Shown here in pieces: positions 8,563 through 17,696 of a DNA stretch of 32,000 bases. The notes beneath the pieces are model-generated. The model searched no databases and was not told where the DNA came from. It saw nothing but the letters and a program-made list of their open reading frames with translations. Numbering within the stretch: position 1 is the first letter of the stretch; every line of letters begins with the position of its first letter. The translations under genes and the position numbers were made by a program. Origin of the DNA: Desulfocapsa sulfexigens DSM 10523 (GTDB lineage: Bacteria > Desulfobacterota > Desulfobulbia > Desulfobulbales > Desulfocapsaceae); contig NC_020304.1 of the NCBI RefSeq assembly GCF_000341395.1, positions 1,140,001 through 1,172,000 on the forward strand. The letters are read 5' to 3'.

Positions 8563-9231
8563 CTATTGAACAAAATCCTCAGGCGTGTGGCGAACAATTT
8601 CTGCATCTACCAGATAAATGACTTCTTCGGCAATATTTGTGGCATGGTCAGCAATTCTTTCCAGATGCCTGCCAACCGACAAGGCGTGCTGGTAATAATT
8701 AATCTGTTCTGGGTTGCTCAGAATAGCCTCATTGAGACGTGCATACATTTCCTGATTCAGGGCGTCTACGTCATCATCTTCGGATCGAATTTTATAAGCA
8801 AGATGCACATCCATGTTGATCAGACAGTCGATGCTTCGGGTCAGCATGCTTTCAGCCTTCAAAGCCATCCCGGTTATATCAAAGGGAATTTTCACTTCAT
8901 CCTGAAGAGCCATAAAGGCACTGCGCTCGGCAATATTGACCGCCAAATCTCCAACCCGTTCCAGCTCGTTATTGATTTTCAAAACTGTGATAATAAAACG
9001 CAGATCAATGGCCACAGGCTGATAGAGGGCCAGGATACTGAGACAGGTCTCCTCTATCTCTACTTCCATTGCATCTATCTCAGCATCGTTATCTTTCACA
9101 TCAAGGGCCATTTTCTCATTGTGCTGAACAATGGAGAGAGTCGCGCGATATACACGGTCCTCAACGTCTTCCCCCATTTGAAGAATCTTATTCTTCAGAT
9201 TTTCTATATCTCTCTGCAGATGCCTGGACAT
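8563..9231 (-). CDS. phoU: phosphate signalling complex protein PhoU
   Basis: 222 aa. It has the typical PhoU two-repeat helical architecture (ERVGDLAVNIAE / ERIADHATNIAE) and sits directly downstream of pstB. Confidence 0.9.
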   Translation of the reverse strand: MSRHLQRDIENLKNKILQMGEDVEDRVYRATLSIVQHNEKMALDVKDNDAEIDAMEVEIEETCLSILALYQPVAIDLRFIITVLKINNELERVGDLAVNIAERSAFMALQDEVKIPFDITGMALKAESMLTRSIDCLINMDVHLAYKIRSEDDDVDALNQEMYARLNEAILSNPEQINYYQHALSVGRHLERIADHATNIAEEVIYLVDAEIVRHTPEDFVQ

Positions 9232-9250
9232 ACTCCTGCCCCCTGATAAA

Positions 9251-10036
9251 TTAACCGAACCTGCCGGTAATATAATCTTCTGTCTGTTTCTCTTTCGGTT
9301 TTGTAAAAATACGTTTGGTTTTGCCGGACTCGATCAACCGGCCCTCATAGAAAAAAGCTGTTGTATCAGAGACTCTGGCAGCCTGCTGCATGTTATGGGT
9401 AACAATGACGATGGTATATTCCTTACGCAGTTCACCTATGAGATCTTCAATGTGAGTGGTGGATTTCGGGTCCAGAGCCGAGGCCGGTTCATCCATGAGC
9501 AGAATCTGCGGGTCAACTGCCAGGGCCCTGGCTATACACAAACGCTGCTGCTGACCGCCGGAAAGTCCCATGGCGTTTTCAGTCAGGCGATCTTTCACCT
9601 CTTCCCAGAGCGCTGCCCTGCGAAGACTTTTTTCAACCACATCCATCATTTTATTTTTATGCATTTTATGGATGCGAGGCCCATAGGCAACATTGTCAAA
9701 AATTGACTTGGGAAAGGGGTTGGATTTCTGGAAAACCATGCCAACCTGTTTACGCAATTCAACGATATCCTCCTTTTCATCATAGATATCCTGCCCGTTA
9801 ATCAGCATTTTCCCAGTAAGCCGGGTCTTTGGAATGATATCATTCATCCTGTTCATACAGCGGAGAAATGTTGATTTCCCGCAGCCGGATGGTCCTATCA
9901 AGGCTGTGACCCTCTGCGGGATAATATCCAGGGAGATGTTGAACAGGGCCTGGCTCGGACCATAATAAAAACTGACATCCATAGCCTGGATAACTGCTCC
10001 GCTCTCCGGTTGTGCTTCCTCTTGCCTGTTTACCAT
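9251..10036 (-). CDS. pstB: phosphate ABC transporter ATP-binding protein PstB
   Basis: Walker [13 protein letters not shown] signature [14 protein letters not shown] and Walker B ILLMDEP are present. The sequence is highly PstB-like throughout. Confidence 0.95.
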   Translation of the reverse strand: MVNRQEEAQPESGAVIQAMDVSFYYGPSQALFNISLDIIPQRVTALIGPSGCGKSTFLRCMNRMNDIIPKTRLTGKMLINGQDIYDEKEDIVELRKQVGMVFQKSNPFPKSIFDNVAYGPRIHKMHKNKMMDVVEKSLRRAALWEEVKDRLTENAMGLSGGQQQRLCIARALAVDPQILLMDEPASALDPKSTTHIEDLIGELRKEYTIVIVTHNMQQAARVSDTTAFFYEGRLIESGKTKRIFTKPKEKQTEDYITGRFG

Positions 10037-10881
10037 TTGTATTTTTTCCGAAAATAGATACGTATCACTATGGCCCCAATATTCATCCCCAGAACCAGAG
10101 TGAGCAGGACCAGGGCTGTTCCGTATTGAAGAGGCAAAACCTTTTCCGCCTCCGGGTGCTGTGTCGCCAAAATATAAAGATGATAAGGAAGGGCCATTAC
10201 CTGGTCGAAAAGAGAACCTGGCATTTTAGGGAGATAAAAAGCCGCCACAGTAAGGAGAATGGGTGCTGTTTCACCGGCAGCCCTACCGATAGCCAGGATC
10301 GAGCCGGTTATCATCCCTGAAATGGAATAGGGCAGAACATTGGTCCAGATTGTTTCCCACTTAGTGGCTCCAAGTGCCAGACTGGCCTCACGAAACCCGC
10401 GCGGCACGGCACGGAGGGCCTCTTCACTAGTGACTATAATAATGGGCAGAACCATACAAGCAAGAGTGAGGGAACCCGCCAGAATGGAGGTGCCAAAACG
10501 ACAGAAAATAACGAAAAGACCTAAACCAAAAAGGCCATAGACGATGGATGGCACCCCGGCAAGGGTTATAATAGCCAGCCGTACCAGTTCTGAAAAACGA
10601 TTCTGATATGCATATTCCGCCAGGTAAATGGCACAGCCAATTCCAAGTGGCAGAGCAACGAGGATGGTGCCGACGGTAAGATAGAAAGTCCCCACAATGG
10701 CTGGCAGGATTCCGCCTTCTGACCCGCTGCGCCGGGGGAAAGTAGAAATGAAATCCCAATTGATCACAGGCAAACCATGGCGAATAATATCAAAAAGAAT
10801 GTAGCTGATACAGATGACAATACCATAGGTGAGCAACCGCAGTATCAGATAAGAAATATTCTGTGAAAACTTTCCGGTCAT
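10030..10881 (-). CDS. pstA: phosphate ABC transporter permease PstA
   Basis: A 283 aa polytopic permease in the second permease position of the pst operon. It overlaps pstC by 4 nt and pstB by 7 nt. Confidence 0.9.
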   Translation of the reverse strand: MTGKFSQNISYLILRLLTYGIVICISYILFDIIRHGLPVINWDFISTFPRRSGSEGGILPAIVGTFYLTVGTILVALPLGIGCAIYLAEYAYQNRFSELVRLAIITLAGVPSIVYGLFGLGLFVIFCRFGTSILAGSLTLACMVLPIIIVTSEEALRAVPRGFREASLALGATKWETIWTNVLPYSISGMITGSILAIGRAAGETAPILLTVAAFYLPKMPGSLFDQVMALPYHLYILATQHPEAEKVLPLQYGTALVLLTLVLGMNIGAIVIRIYFRKKYKW

Positions 10882-11744
10882 TGTGACATACCATATTTTT
10901 TCAGGACTACCCGGGAAAAGGCATTCAGGAGAAAAGTGACGAACAGCAGCATAAGGCCAATCCAGAATAGTGCCTGGTAATGGTGACTGCCAAAGGGAAC
11001 CTCTCCCATTTCAGCAGCAATGGTGGCGGTCATGGTACGAATAGGATCCAGAGGAAAGAGGGAGATAATCGCGGAGTTGCCGCTGACCATCAGCACAGCC
11101 ATGGTCTCTCCGATAACCCTGCCGATACCGAGCATAATCGCAGCAATGATTCCTGGCAGGGCCGCCGGCACCGTCACTCTGAAAATAGTCTGCAGTTCAC
11201 TTGCCCCAAGGGCAAGGGATGCCTGTTTAAAGGATTGTGGCACACTTGCCAGCGCATCCTCGGAAATAGTTATAATTGTGGGCAGGGCCATAAGAGCCAG
11301 CAGCAGAGAAGCTGTCAGGGCGTTGAGGCCTGAGTTGAGGCCAAAGGTCTCTTTTACCAGGGGAGCAAGAACCAATAGACCGAAAAATCCCAAGACCACC
11401 GAAGGAATACTGGCGAGGATTTCAATAAAAGGCTTGAGAAATTCCCTTTCTACTGGTTTTGCCACTTCAGAGATGTAAATAGCACCCACAACAGATAACG
11501 GGATTGACAACAGCATGGCAAGCAGAGTGACCAGGGAAGAGCCAACTACCAGTGGATACAGACCAAAGCGCTCTTCCTGAAAAGAGACAGGAACCCATGC
11601 GGAATCAAAGAGTTTTCCGATTCCAGGGTCAAAAGCAAAGGGCATGGCCTCTTTACCCAGAAAGAGAAAAATCAGGGCGACAATAAGAATACTGATGGAT
11701 GCTGTACCGATCAGAAGCATCCGCATGAATTTATCTATGCGCAT
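10878..11744 (-). CDS. pstC: phosphate ABC transporter permease PstC
   Basis: A 288 aa polytopic permease and the first permease after pstS. It carries the EAA-like loop SEDALASVPQSFKQASLALGA. Confidence 0.9.
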   Translation of the reverse strand: MRIDKFMRMLLIGTASISILIVALIFLFLGKEAMPFAFDPGIGKLFDSAWVPVSFQEERFGLYPLVVGSSLVTLLAMLLSIPLSVVGAIYISEVAKPVEREFLKPFIEILASIPSVVLGFFGLLVLAPLVKETFGLNSGLNALTASLLLALMALPTIITISEDALASVPQSFKQASLALGASELQTIFRVTVPAALPGIIAAIMLGIGRVIGETMAVLMVSGNSAIISLFPLDPIRTMTATIAAEMGEVPFGSHHYQALFWIGLMLLFVTFLLNAFSRVVLKKYGMSQ

Positions 11745-11903
11745 TATTGTTACCGACAGTTTAACTTAAACTCGTTTCGTTTTTTTTTACAAAATGAATA
11801 TAGCTATACTTGATTTTTATTTGTTAGCCTGTTCCGCGCTGCAAAGTTCAACCAGCGCATCAACGATGTTTACATTCAGGTAGTCCCAAGGCGACCCCTG
11901 CCA

Positions 11904-12800
11904 CTACTGTTTGTTTTCATTTGACATTACAGAAACATAGCCAGATTCGTAAACGATATTTTGTCCCTGTTCACTGAGTGTAAACTCAACAAAATCTTTT
12001 GCAGTTCCCTGAGCTTCTCCACTGGTATAGAGAAAAAGGGCTCTGGCAATGGGATAGCTTCCATCTTTTACCGCGTTATCAGAAGGTGCAATCGCCGTCC
12101 CTCCGTCCTTGTCCAGAATGGAGATGGCTTTGATCCTGTCAGCAGAGTTTTTCACATATCCAAGCCCTACATAGCCGATAGCTCCGGTATCTGCAGCAAC
12201 GCCCTGCACCAGTGCAGATGTTCCTGGAAGGAGGCGGGCCCGGGGGGTATAATCCTGCCGATTCATCACATGTTCCTGGAAAAAGACATAAGTTCCGGAA
12301 CTGGATTCCCGGGAGAACACCAGCAGGTCCTGATTTGCTCCCCCCACCTCCTGCCAGCTCGTTATTTTTCCTGTAAAAATACCCTGAAGCTGCTCCATGG
12401 AAAGGGCCTCCACCGGATTTTGCGGATGCACAATCACGGCTATACCATCAAGGGCAACACTGAGCTCCACAGGTACCCTTCCCTTTCCGGAAGCCAATTC
12501 CTTCTCTTTCTCATTAATTCTTCGTGAAGACGCACAGATATCAGTTGTGCCGTTAATCAGACCAGCGATACCAGTGCCGGAACCGCCTCCGGTAACAGAA
12601 ATTTCCACATCCTTATGCAGTTTCATAAACTCCTCAGCCCAGGAACTTACCAGATGGACCATGGTATCTGATCCTTTAATGGTAAGATAGCCAGTCCCAG
12701 CCGATTCTTTTTTTTCTTCATTCTGTGGCGCCCCGGAATCACATCCGGAGAAGCCTAAACACAATAGGACTAAAAAACAGTATGTATAAATGTTTCGCAT
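11904..12800 (-). CDS. pstS: phosphate ABC transporter substrate-binding lipoprotein PstS
   Basis: PstS/PBP-like-2 family motifs are present (GSDTM, GGGSGTG, ESSSGTY). The lipoprotein signal is LGFSGC. ATG 12800 is preceded by GGAGGGG. The TTG at 12821 in the ORF track includes that RBS and is rejected. Confidence 0.85.
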   Translation of the reverse strand: MRNIYTYCFLVLLCLGFSGCDSGAPQNEEKKESAGTGYLTIKGSDTMVHLVSSWAEEFMKLHKDVEISVTGGGSGTGIAGLINGTTDICASSRRINEKEKELASGKGRVPVELSVALDGIAVIVHPQNPVEALSMEQLQGIFTGKITSWQEVGGANQDLLVFSRESSSGTYVFFQEHVMNRQDYTPRARLLPGTSALVQGVAADTGAIGYVGLGYVKNSADRIKAISILDKDGGTAIAPSDNAVKDGSYPIARALFLYTSGEAQGTAKDFVEFTLSEQGQNIVYESGYVSVMSNENKQ

Positions 12801-13166
12801 GAAATCCCCTCCAGGTTTCAATTAACCGCCCTTCCAATATTCATCAGCCGCCTGTCTGCTCGTTCATTGTTTCACTACACTATCTGTTTAGAAACAGAAT
12901 CATGGTTTGACAGACCGAAGCGGACAAACAATGTCACCGCTTCCTCATTAAATCAGCCCAACAGCCTTAAAGTCAAGGAATACCTGTCAAACCAACCGAC
13001 CAACCCTCCTCCTAACACTTTTTTAATCTGTCAGGAGCCTGCAAGACCTCACCCTAAAACTTATAAAAAAACAAAGGGATCATTTTTTGTTTCTTGGCAG
13101 GGTATATTCACTCTGCTATAACAGAGGACCTTATTTGCCTTGTAAAAACAAACAAAAGGATATTGC

Positions 13167-14771
13167 ATGCGTATGCGAACAAGAATGGTTTTCTCCCTAA
13201 CGGCATTCATAGCTCTCCTCATTATCATTTCCTGGCCCATACAACTCAAGGCATCTCTGGCTGGAGACAGTCAGGATATCCAAAAAGTGCTGAACGGCAC
13301 AAAGAAACCTCCTTTTGCCCTGCAGAATATAAAGAAACTCCAGAGCTTTTACCAGAGCCGGGACTATCAATCAGCCTGGACACCTGTCCTGCTCAGTCAG
13401 CTGGTGACATCCATCAACAACACCACAAGCCACGGCCTCAGCCCCTGCGATTACCGGGTGACACTTCTCCAGAACACACAAACAGACTACTTATACAGAG
13501 AACTGCTGGCAACGGACTCCTACTTCACCCTGGCTGGCCACCTCCTGGGAGGAAAGGTGAACCCGGTCTCCATAGAACCTTCCTGGAATGCACCCGGTCG
13601 GGAAAATGATTTACCCAAATATCTTGAAACAAGCCTGCAAGAGGGGAATATCCAGGAAAGCCTGGAAGCCCTGGCCCCCAACACGCAGGAATACAAGCAG
13701 CTGAAACTGGCACTGGCCCATTACCGGAAAATCAGTAGCCAGGGTGGTTGGGGCCAGATTGCCTCAGGTCCTTTACTAAAACTCGGCAGCCACGGGGAGA
13801 GAGTCATCCAAATCCGTGAACGGCTGAAGGCAGGCGGGGAGCTGATTACAGACACAGACCAGGATCCAGCAGAATACACCACAAGCCTGCAAGAGGGCGT
13901 ACAGCGTTTCCAGAAACGAATCAACCTTGAGGCAGATGGCAAGGTTGGCCCCAACACCCTGCGCAACCTGAACAAGACCCCTGAAGACAGGATCAACACT
14001 CTGCGCGTTAACATGGAACGATGGCGCTGGCTTCCCGAAAATCTTGGTGATCGGCACCTTAGAGTCAACATTGCAGGTTTTTTTCTTGAAGCCTATGATC
14101 ATGGAATGCCAGTCAGGCGGCATAATGTCATTGTCGGCACGGACTATCGACAGACCCCGGTATTCTCTGATGCCATCGAATACATGATCTTAAATCCCTG
14201 GTGGTATGCCCCCCGCAAGTTGGCCGTGAAAGACAAACTCCCCCTGTTTCGCAATGACCCTGGATACTTTGAAAGATCAGGATTTCAACTGGTAGACAAA
14301 GACAGTAAGCGGGTTGATCAGCGAACAGTAGAGTGGAATAGGCTCTCTGAAAACAATTTCCCGTATCAGCTGCGACAAATGCCCGGGCCTAAAAATGCCT
14401 TGGGCCGGGTGAAATTCATATTCCCGAACCGTTACAATGTCTACCTCCATGATACGCCATCTACCGAACTCTTTGCCAAAGTGCAGCGGTTATTTTCCTC
14501 TGGCTGTATCCGGGTGGAGAACCCTCTGGATCTGGCTGAATGGCTACTCAGCTTTCAAAGAGAGACTGGCTGGAGCAGGGAGAAAATCGAGGAGGTTGTG
14601 GAGAGCGGCAAAGAAACACGCATCAATTTATCGGCTCCAATGCCCGTCCATCTCCTCTACTGGACCGTTCTTTGCGACAGTGTAAACAGTGAAATTCGGT
14701 TCATTGAGGACCAGTATCAACGGGACCCTCGTATCCTCGAAGCGCTGGATACCCTCTGTCCAATAAAGTAG
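13167..14771 (+). CDS. L,D-transpeptidase, YcbB/LdtD-like
   Basis: It has a signal peptide, a peptidoglycan-binding domain (LQEGVQRFQKRINLEADGKVGPNTLRNLN) and a YkuD catalytic domain (YLHDTPSTELFAKVQRLFSSGCIRVENP). RBS AAGGA lies 6 nt upstream. Confidence 0.85.
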   Translation: MRMRTRMVFSLTAFIALLIIISWPIQLKASLAGDSQDIQKVLNGTKKPPFALQNIKKLQSFYQSRDYQSAWTPVLLSQLVTSINNTTSHGLSPCDYRVTLLQNTQTDYLYRELLATDSYFTLAGHLLGGKVNPVSIEPSWNAPGRENDLPKYLETSLQEGNIQESLEALAPNTQEYKQLKLALAHYRKISSQGGWGQIASGPLLKLGSHGERVIQIRERLKAGGELITDTDQDPAEYTTSLQEGVQRFQKRINLEADGKVGPNTLRNLNKTPEDRINTLRVNMERWRWLPENLGDRHLRVNIAGFFLEAYDHGMPVRRHNVIVGTDYRQTPVFSDAIEYMILNPWWYAPRKLAVKDKLPLFRNDPGYFERSGFQLVDKDSKRVDQRTVEWNRLSENNFPYQLRQMPGPKNALGRVKFIFPNRYNVYLHDTPSTELFAKVQRLFSSGCIRVENPLDLAEWLLSFQRETGWSREKIEEVVESGKETRINLSAPMPVHLLYWTVLCDSVNSEIRFIEDQYQRDPRILEALDTLCPIK

Positions 14772-14967
14772 CTGGTGTCAAACAGGAAGACGCCCCCTTT
14801 TCTTTCCACAACCAACATTTCAGAAAGACTAAAATTTCTTGGTGTTTTATACGGCTGTGCCGAGTTCTCAGGAACTAACAATCCACATCCTGATGTAGCC
14901 AAATTGTGGCAGGATTTATTCCACCTTCAACCCCTCGCAACGTATCTCGCTAAACACTCAATTACCC

Positions 14968-16512
14968 TTAATAACCAAACCCGTCTTCTTCTGACTGCTT
15001 GCCTGCCCTGACAACCCTCACAGCAGAATCGCCCGGTAGAGGGCACTTGTTTTCGCAGATACCACAGCCGATACAAAGCTCAGGGATAATATATGGCTGC
15101 TTCAAGGCGACAGATTTTCCCTGTCGGTTGACAACTGTCACCTCCTGGAATTTTATCGCCTTATCATAGGTCGGGCAATGTTCTTCGCAGACGATGCAGG
15201 GACTCTGGTCAGCAAAAGGCAGACAGCGTGCGGGATCAAAAACTGCCCTGCCAATGACGAAACTATGCTTCTCAGACTGACTCAAGCGACCGATAGCCCC
15301 GGTGGGACAAACCTGACCACACAGAGTGCAGTTGAATTCGCAGTACCCGAGGCGCGGAATAAGCCTCGGGGTAAACATCCCTTCGTAACCACTCTCCAAA
15401 AAACAGGGCTGCAATGCATTCTGGATGCAGACCTTCATGCACTCTCCGCAGCGTACACATCTGGAAAAAAATTCGTTTCCATCTGCTGCACCAGGCGGAC
15501 GAAGAAGAAAGGGCCGCGGCAGGGTATGAGCAGCATCGACCTTGGACAGCAGCGGCAGGGTTATGCCTGCCAGTCCGGCTCCAATAAAGCTCCGGCGACT
15601 CATATCAATCTGCATTGGGCTATTCGGTACAGCAAACCGAAATCTGGAAGGCTGGTTGACGCAATCGTCAACACAATCCATACAGAGCGTGCACTCCTCG
15701 TGTCGCAGTTGTCTGCCGTCAGAATCAAAGGCATTCATCCTGCAATTAGGAGCACAGTCACGACACCCCTTGCATGCTTGCTTCGGAAAACGGCGAAAGA
15801 TGGAGAAACGGGAAAAAATGGCCAGTAAAGCACCAAGAGGACAGAGATTTCTGCACCAAAAACGTTTCTCTAATTTTTCCAGAGCAAAGATTGCAAGGAG
15901 TACGCACCCGGACAATGTACTCAGTTGAAAAAATGTCTGTTTATAGGGAAGCACGCTGTCCTGCAGAACGCCATAGACAGGCTCGCTGATATTGCTCAGC
16001 CATTGAGGGGCATAGCGATAGAGGGGATCAAAAAAACCGGTAACTAAAAGGTTAAAGACTGGATCCACAGCCAGGGTAAACCCCCTGACCAGGAGAGAAA
16101 ATGGATCCAGGTAGCCAACCAGCTGCAAGCCGAACAGACTGGAAACCAGGATAATACCAAGGAGGACGTATTTGACTGATCGTAGCGATTGACCAGACTG
16201 AGCAGGTGCATGGATTACTTTTCCTGTCCCATCCAGCAGTGTGCCCATTGGACATATCCAGCCGCAGAAGACACGTCCGAAGACCATGGTCAAAGCTATG
16301 ACAAAAAGAGACGGCAGAAGCAGGGAAACAAGGACCTTGGCAGAGAGCAGAACTGTTGCCGCGACCAATGGATCCCATCGAAAAAAAATGTTGACTGCAT
16401 AGGGTATCTCATCAAGCCCGGAATAATCGGTCAGACGAAAGAGAAGAAAAAAGAGCGCAAGAAAAAAAAGCTGAGACAGTTTGCGGAAAGTACGAAGGGT
16501 GATTTTGAACAC
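14968..16512 (-). CDS. membrane-bound polyferredoxin (NapH/MauN-like N-terminus plus multiple 4Fe-4S domains)
   Basis: 514 aa. TM helices carry two CxxxCP motifs (CGWICPMG, CRNLCPLG). A soluble part follows with five ferredoxin-type Cys motifs (CTLCMDCVDDC, CVRCGECMKVC, CTLCGQVCP, CIVCEEHCP, CIGCGICENKCP). Confidence 0.8.
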   Translation of the reverse strand: MFKITLRTFRKLSQLFFLALFFLLFRLTDYSGLDEIPYAVNIFFRWDPLVAATVLLSAKVLVSLLLPSLFVIALTMVFGRVFCGWICPMGTLLDGTGKVIHAPAQSGQSLRSVKYVLLGIILVSSLFGLQLVGYLDPFSLLVRGFTLAVDPVFNLLVTGFFDPLYRYAPQWLSNISEPVYGVLQDSVLPYKQTFFQLSTLSGCVLLAIFALEKLEKRFWCRNLCPLGALLAIFSRFSIFRRFPKQACKGCRDCAPNCRMNAFDSDGRQLRHEECTLCMDCVDDCVNQPSRFRFAVPNSPMQIDMSRRSFIGAGLAGITLPLLSKVDAAHTLPRPFLLRPPGAADGNEFFSRCVRCGECMKVCIQNALQPCFLESGYEGMFTPRLIPRLGYCEFNCTLCGQVCPTGAIGRLSQSEKHSFVIGRAVFDPARCLPFADQSPCIVCEEHCPTYDKAIKFQEVTVVNRQGKSVALKQPYIIPELCIGCGICENKCPLPGDSAVRVVRAGKQSEEDGFGY

Positions 16513-16516
16513 TTTG

Positions 16517-17431
16517 CTACACCATCCGGATATCTATTTTATTCAACCTCATCTCCCCCAGACCCATTTCAGCTGCGGCCCTGGTCGAATCAATCTCTTC
16601 CGGCCTCAGCCCAAACAGAGTGGTGGCGTAGGCATCTGCAGCCACCGGATCTGACGAGGCCACAATGGTGTCCAGCACCTTAACATCCCTGGTACTGCCC
16701 CCCTGAGGACCATTGCGGAGAAGAATCCTGGTGGCATCTATGATAGTCAGATCAGCCCTGATCACGGTATTCAGGTCGGCAAGATTCTGCCCCATGTTCC
16801 TGTGAATCTTGCCGCGATTCCCACCAATCACCCCCATGGTGTTTTTCAACCCCAGGGTCAACCTGGACAGACCATGGTGTTTTGCCACCGGAATATTAAT
16901 GTAACAGTCAGCCTCCAGAGCATCCTTATAAAAAGACCACTTGTTGATGGACCTTCCCTTCTCAATGGTTACTGGCACAAACTTCCTTTCATCGACATAG
17001 CTGCATTGAATCTGTCGACCACCAATGGAATCCAAAGCCGGTTTAATACCGCTGTTCATATAACAGCGCCGCTCTTCGTTGCAGGTTCGGTCAAAGACCA
17101 GTACTTTTTTCGCGCCAGCAAGGATAGCAAGTTCAGCCACAGCCTTGACGATTTCCGGATGGGTGTTTGCCGCCTGTTCAGGAGCCCGATCCCAGCCGAT
17201 ATTTGGTTTAATCACCACCTGATCACCGGGTTTGACAAAAGCAGCCATCCCGCCCAGAGGTTGCAAAACTGAAGCCACAAGATTCGCGTAATTTTTACCG
17301 ACACCAACACTCAGCAGTGGTGATACGGTTTCAGCGGCCAGCAGGTCCGGAGTTATGCGAAACACCGGTTCCACTAAAAGAACCCCGCCGGACCAGACAG
17401 CTACCTGCTTTAGAAAATTTCTCCTGTCCAT
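16517..17431 (-). CDS. DUF362 domain protein with twin-arginine (Tat) signal
   Basis: ATG 17431 is preceded by AGGAGGG. The N-terminus MDRRNFLKQVAVWSGGVLL is a Tat signal. The DUF362-like core is VVIKPNIGWDR... The stop lies 4 nt before the polyferredoxin start. The ORF-track start at 17509 runs through the upstream conserved non-coding element and is rejected. Confidence 0.75.
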   Translation of the reverse strand: MDRRNFLKQVAVWSGGVLLVEPVFRITPDLLAAETVSPLLSVGVGKNYANLVASVLQPLGGMAAFVKPGDQVVIKPNIGWDRAPEQAANTHPEIVKAVAELAILAGAKKVLVFDRTCNEERRCYMNSGIKPALDSIGGRQIQCSYVDERKFVPVTIEKGRSINKWSFYKDALEADCYINIPVAKHHGLSRLTLGLKNTMGVIGGNRGKIHRNMGQNLADLNTVIRADLTIIDATRILLRNGPQGGSTRDVKVLDTIVASSDPVAADAYATTLFGLRPEEIDSTRAAAEMGLGEMRLNKIDIRMV

Positions 17432-17448
17432 TTTCCCTCCTGAGTAAG

Positions 17449-17545
17449 AATGTCCCACTCTCTGAGCATCACACTCCACAAGCCACTCACATTTCCACCA
17501 AAACCTCAAAAAACACCACCAGGGGAGGCATCCAAAATTCCATTA
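17449..17545 (-). repeat. copy A of duplicated promoter/leader module (upstream of the DUF362 gene)
   Basis: Plus-strand blocks AATGTCCCA (17449-17457), AGCCACTCACATTTCCACCAAA (17481-17502, 22/22 identical to copy B) and CAGGGGAGGCATCCAAAATTCCATTA (to 17545) recur in the same order at 21458-21589. Confidence 0.7.
17528..17542 (-). promoter_or_regulatory. sigma54-like -24/-12 element (candidate)
   Basis: The minus strand reads TGGAATTTTGGATGC. This has the GG-N10-GC spacing of the TGGCACG-N4-TTGC consensus and is conserved in copy B. The -24 hexamer deviates from consensus (TGGAAT). Confidence 0.3.
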
Positions 17546-17696
17546 GCTGCTTTTATCATTCCACAGAGTTGCTTCCAATGCCAGCACAAAGCACGAATAT
17601 ATCTCCTCCGGCCGACACGAGTCATCTACAGGTTTTAAACAAGGAGAAATACCCTGAAATCAGATTCTACAATAATGATCACTCATATAAGGCTAC

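Noticed and set aside
8455-9246. 263-aa plus-strand ORF
   Set aside because: It is entirely antisense to phoU, which has clear family signatures and operon context. The translation is low-complexity with no motifs, so it is a shadow ORF.
11836-11858. GCGCTG-N11-CAGCGC hairpin between pstS and pstC, considered as an intra-operon terminator or attenuator
   Set aside because: The stem is only 6 bp, the loop is large, and no U-tract follows on the minus strand. Support is insufficient.
12867-13609. 84-aa and 171-aa plus-strand ORFs in and over the pstS/ldt intergenic region
   Set aside because: The translations are Pro/Thr/Asn-rich and low-complexity with no RBS. The 171-aa ORF overlaps the well-supported L,D-transpeptidase gene out of frame.
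15178-15828. 216-aa plus-strand ORF, plus the overlapping 15542..15928 ORF
   Set aside because: Both are antisense to the polyferredoxin gene, whose Cys-motif pattern confirms the minus-strand frame.
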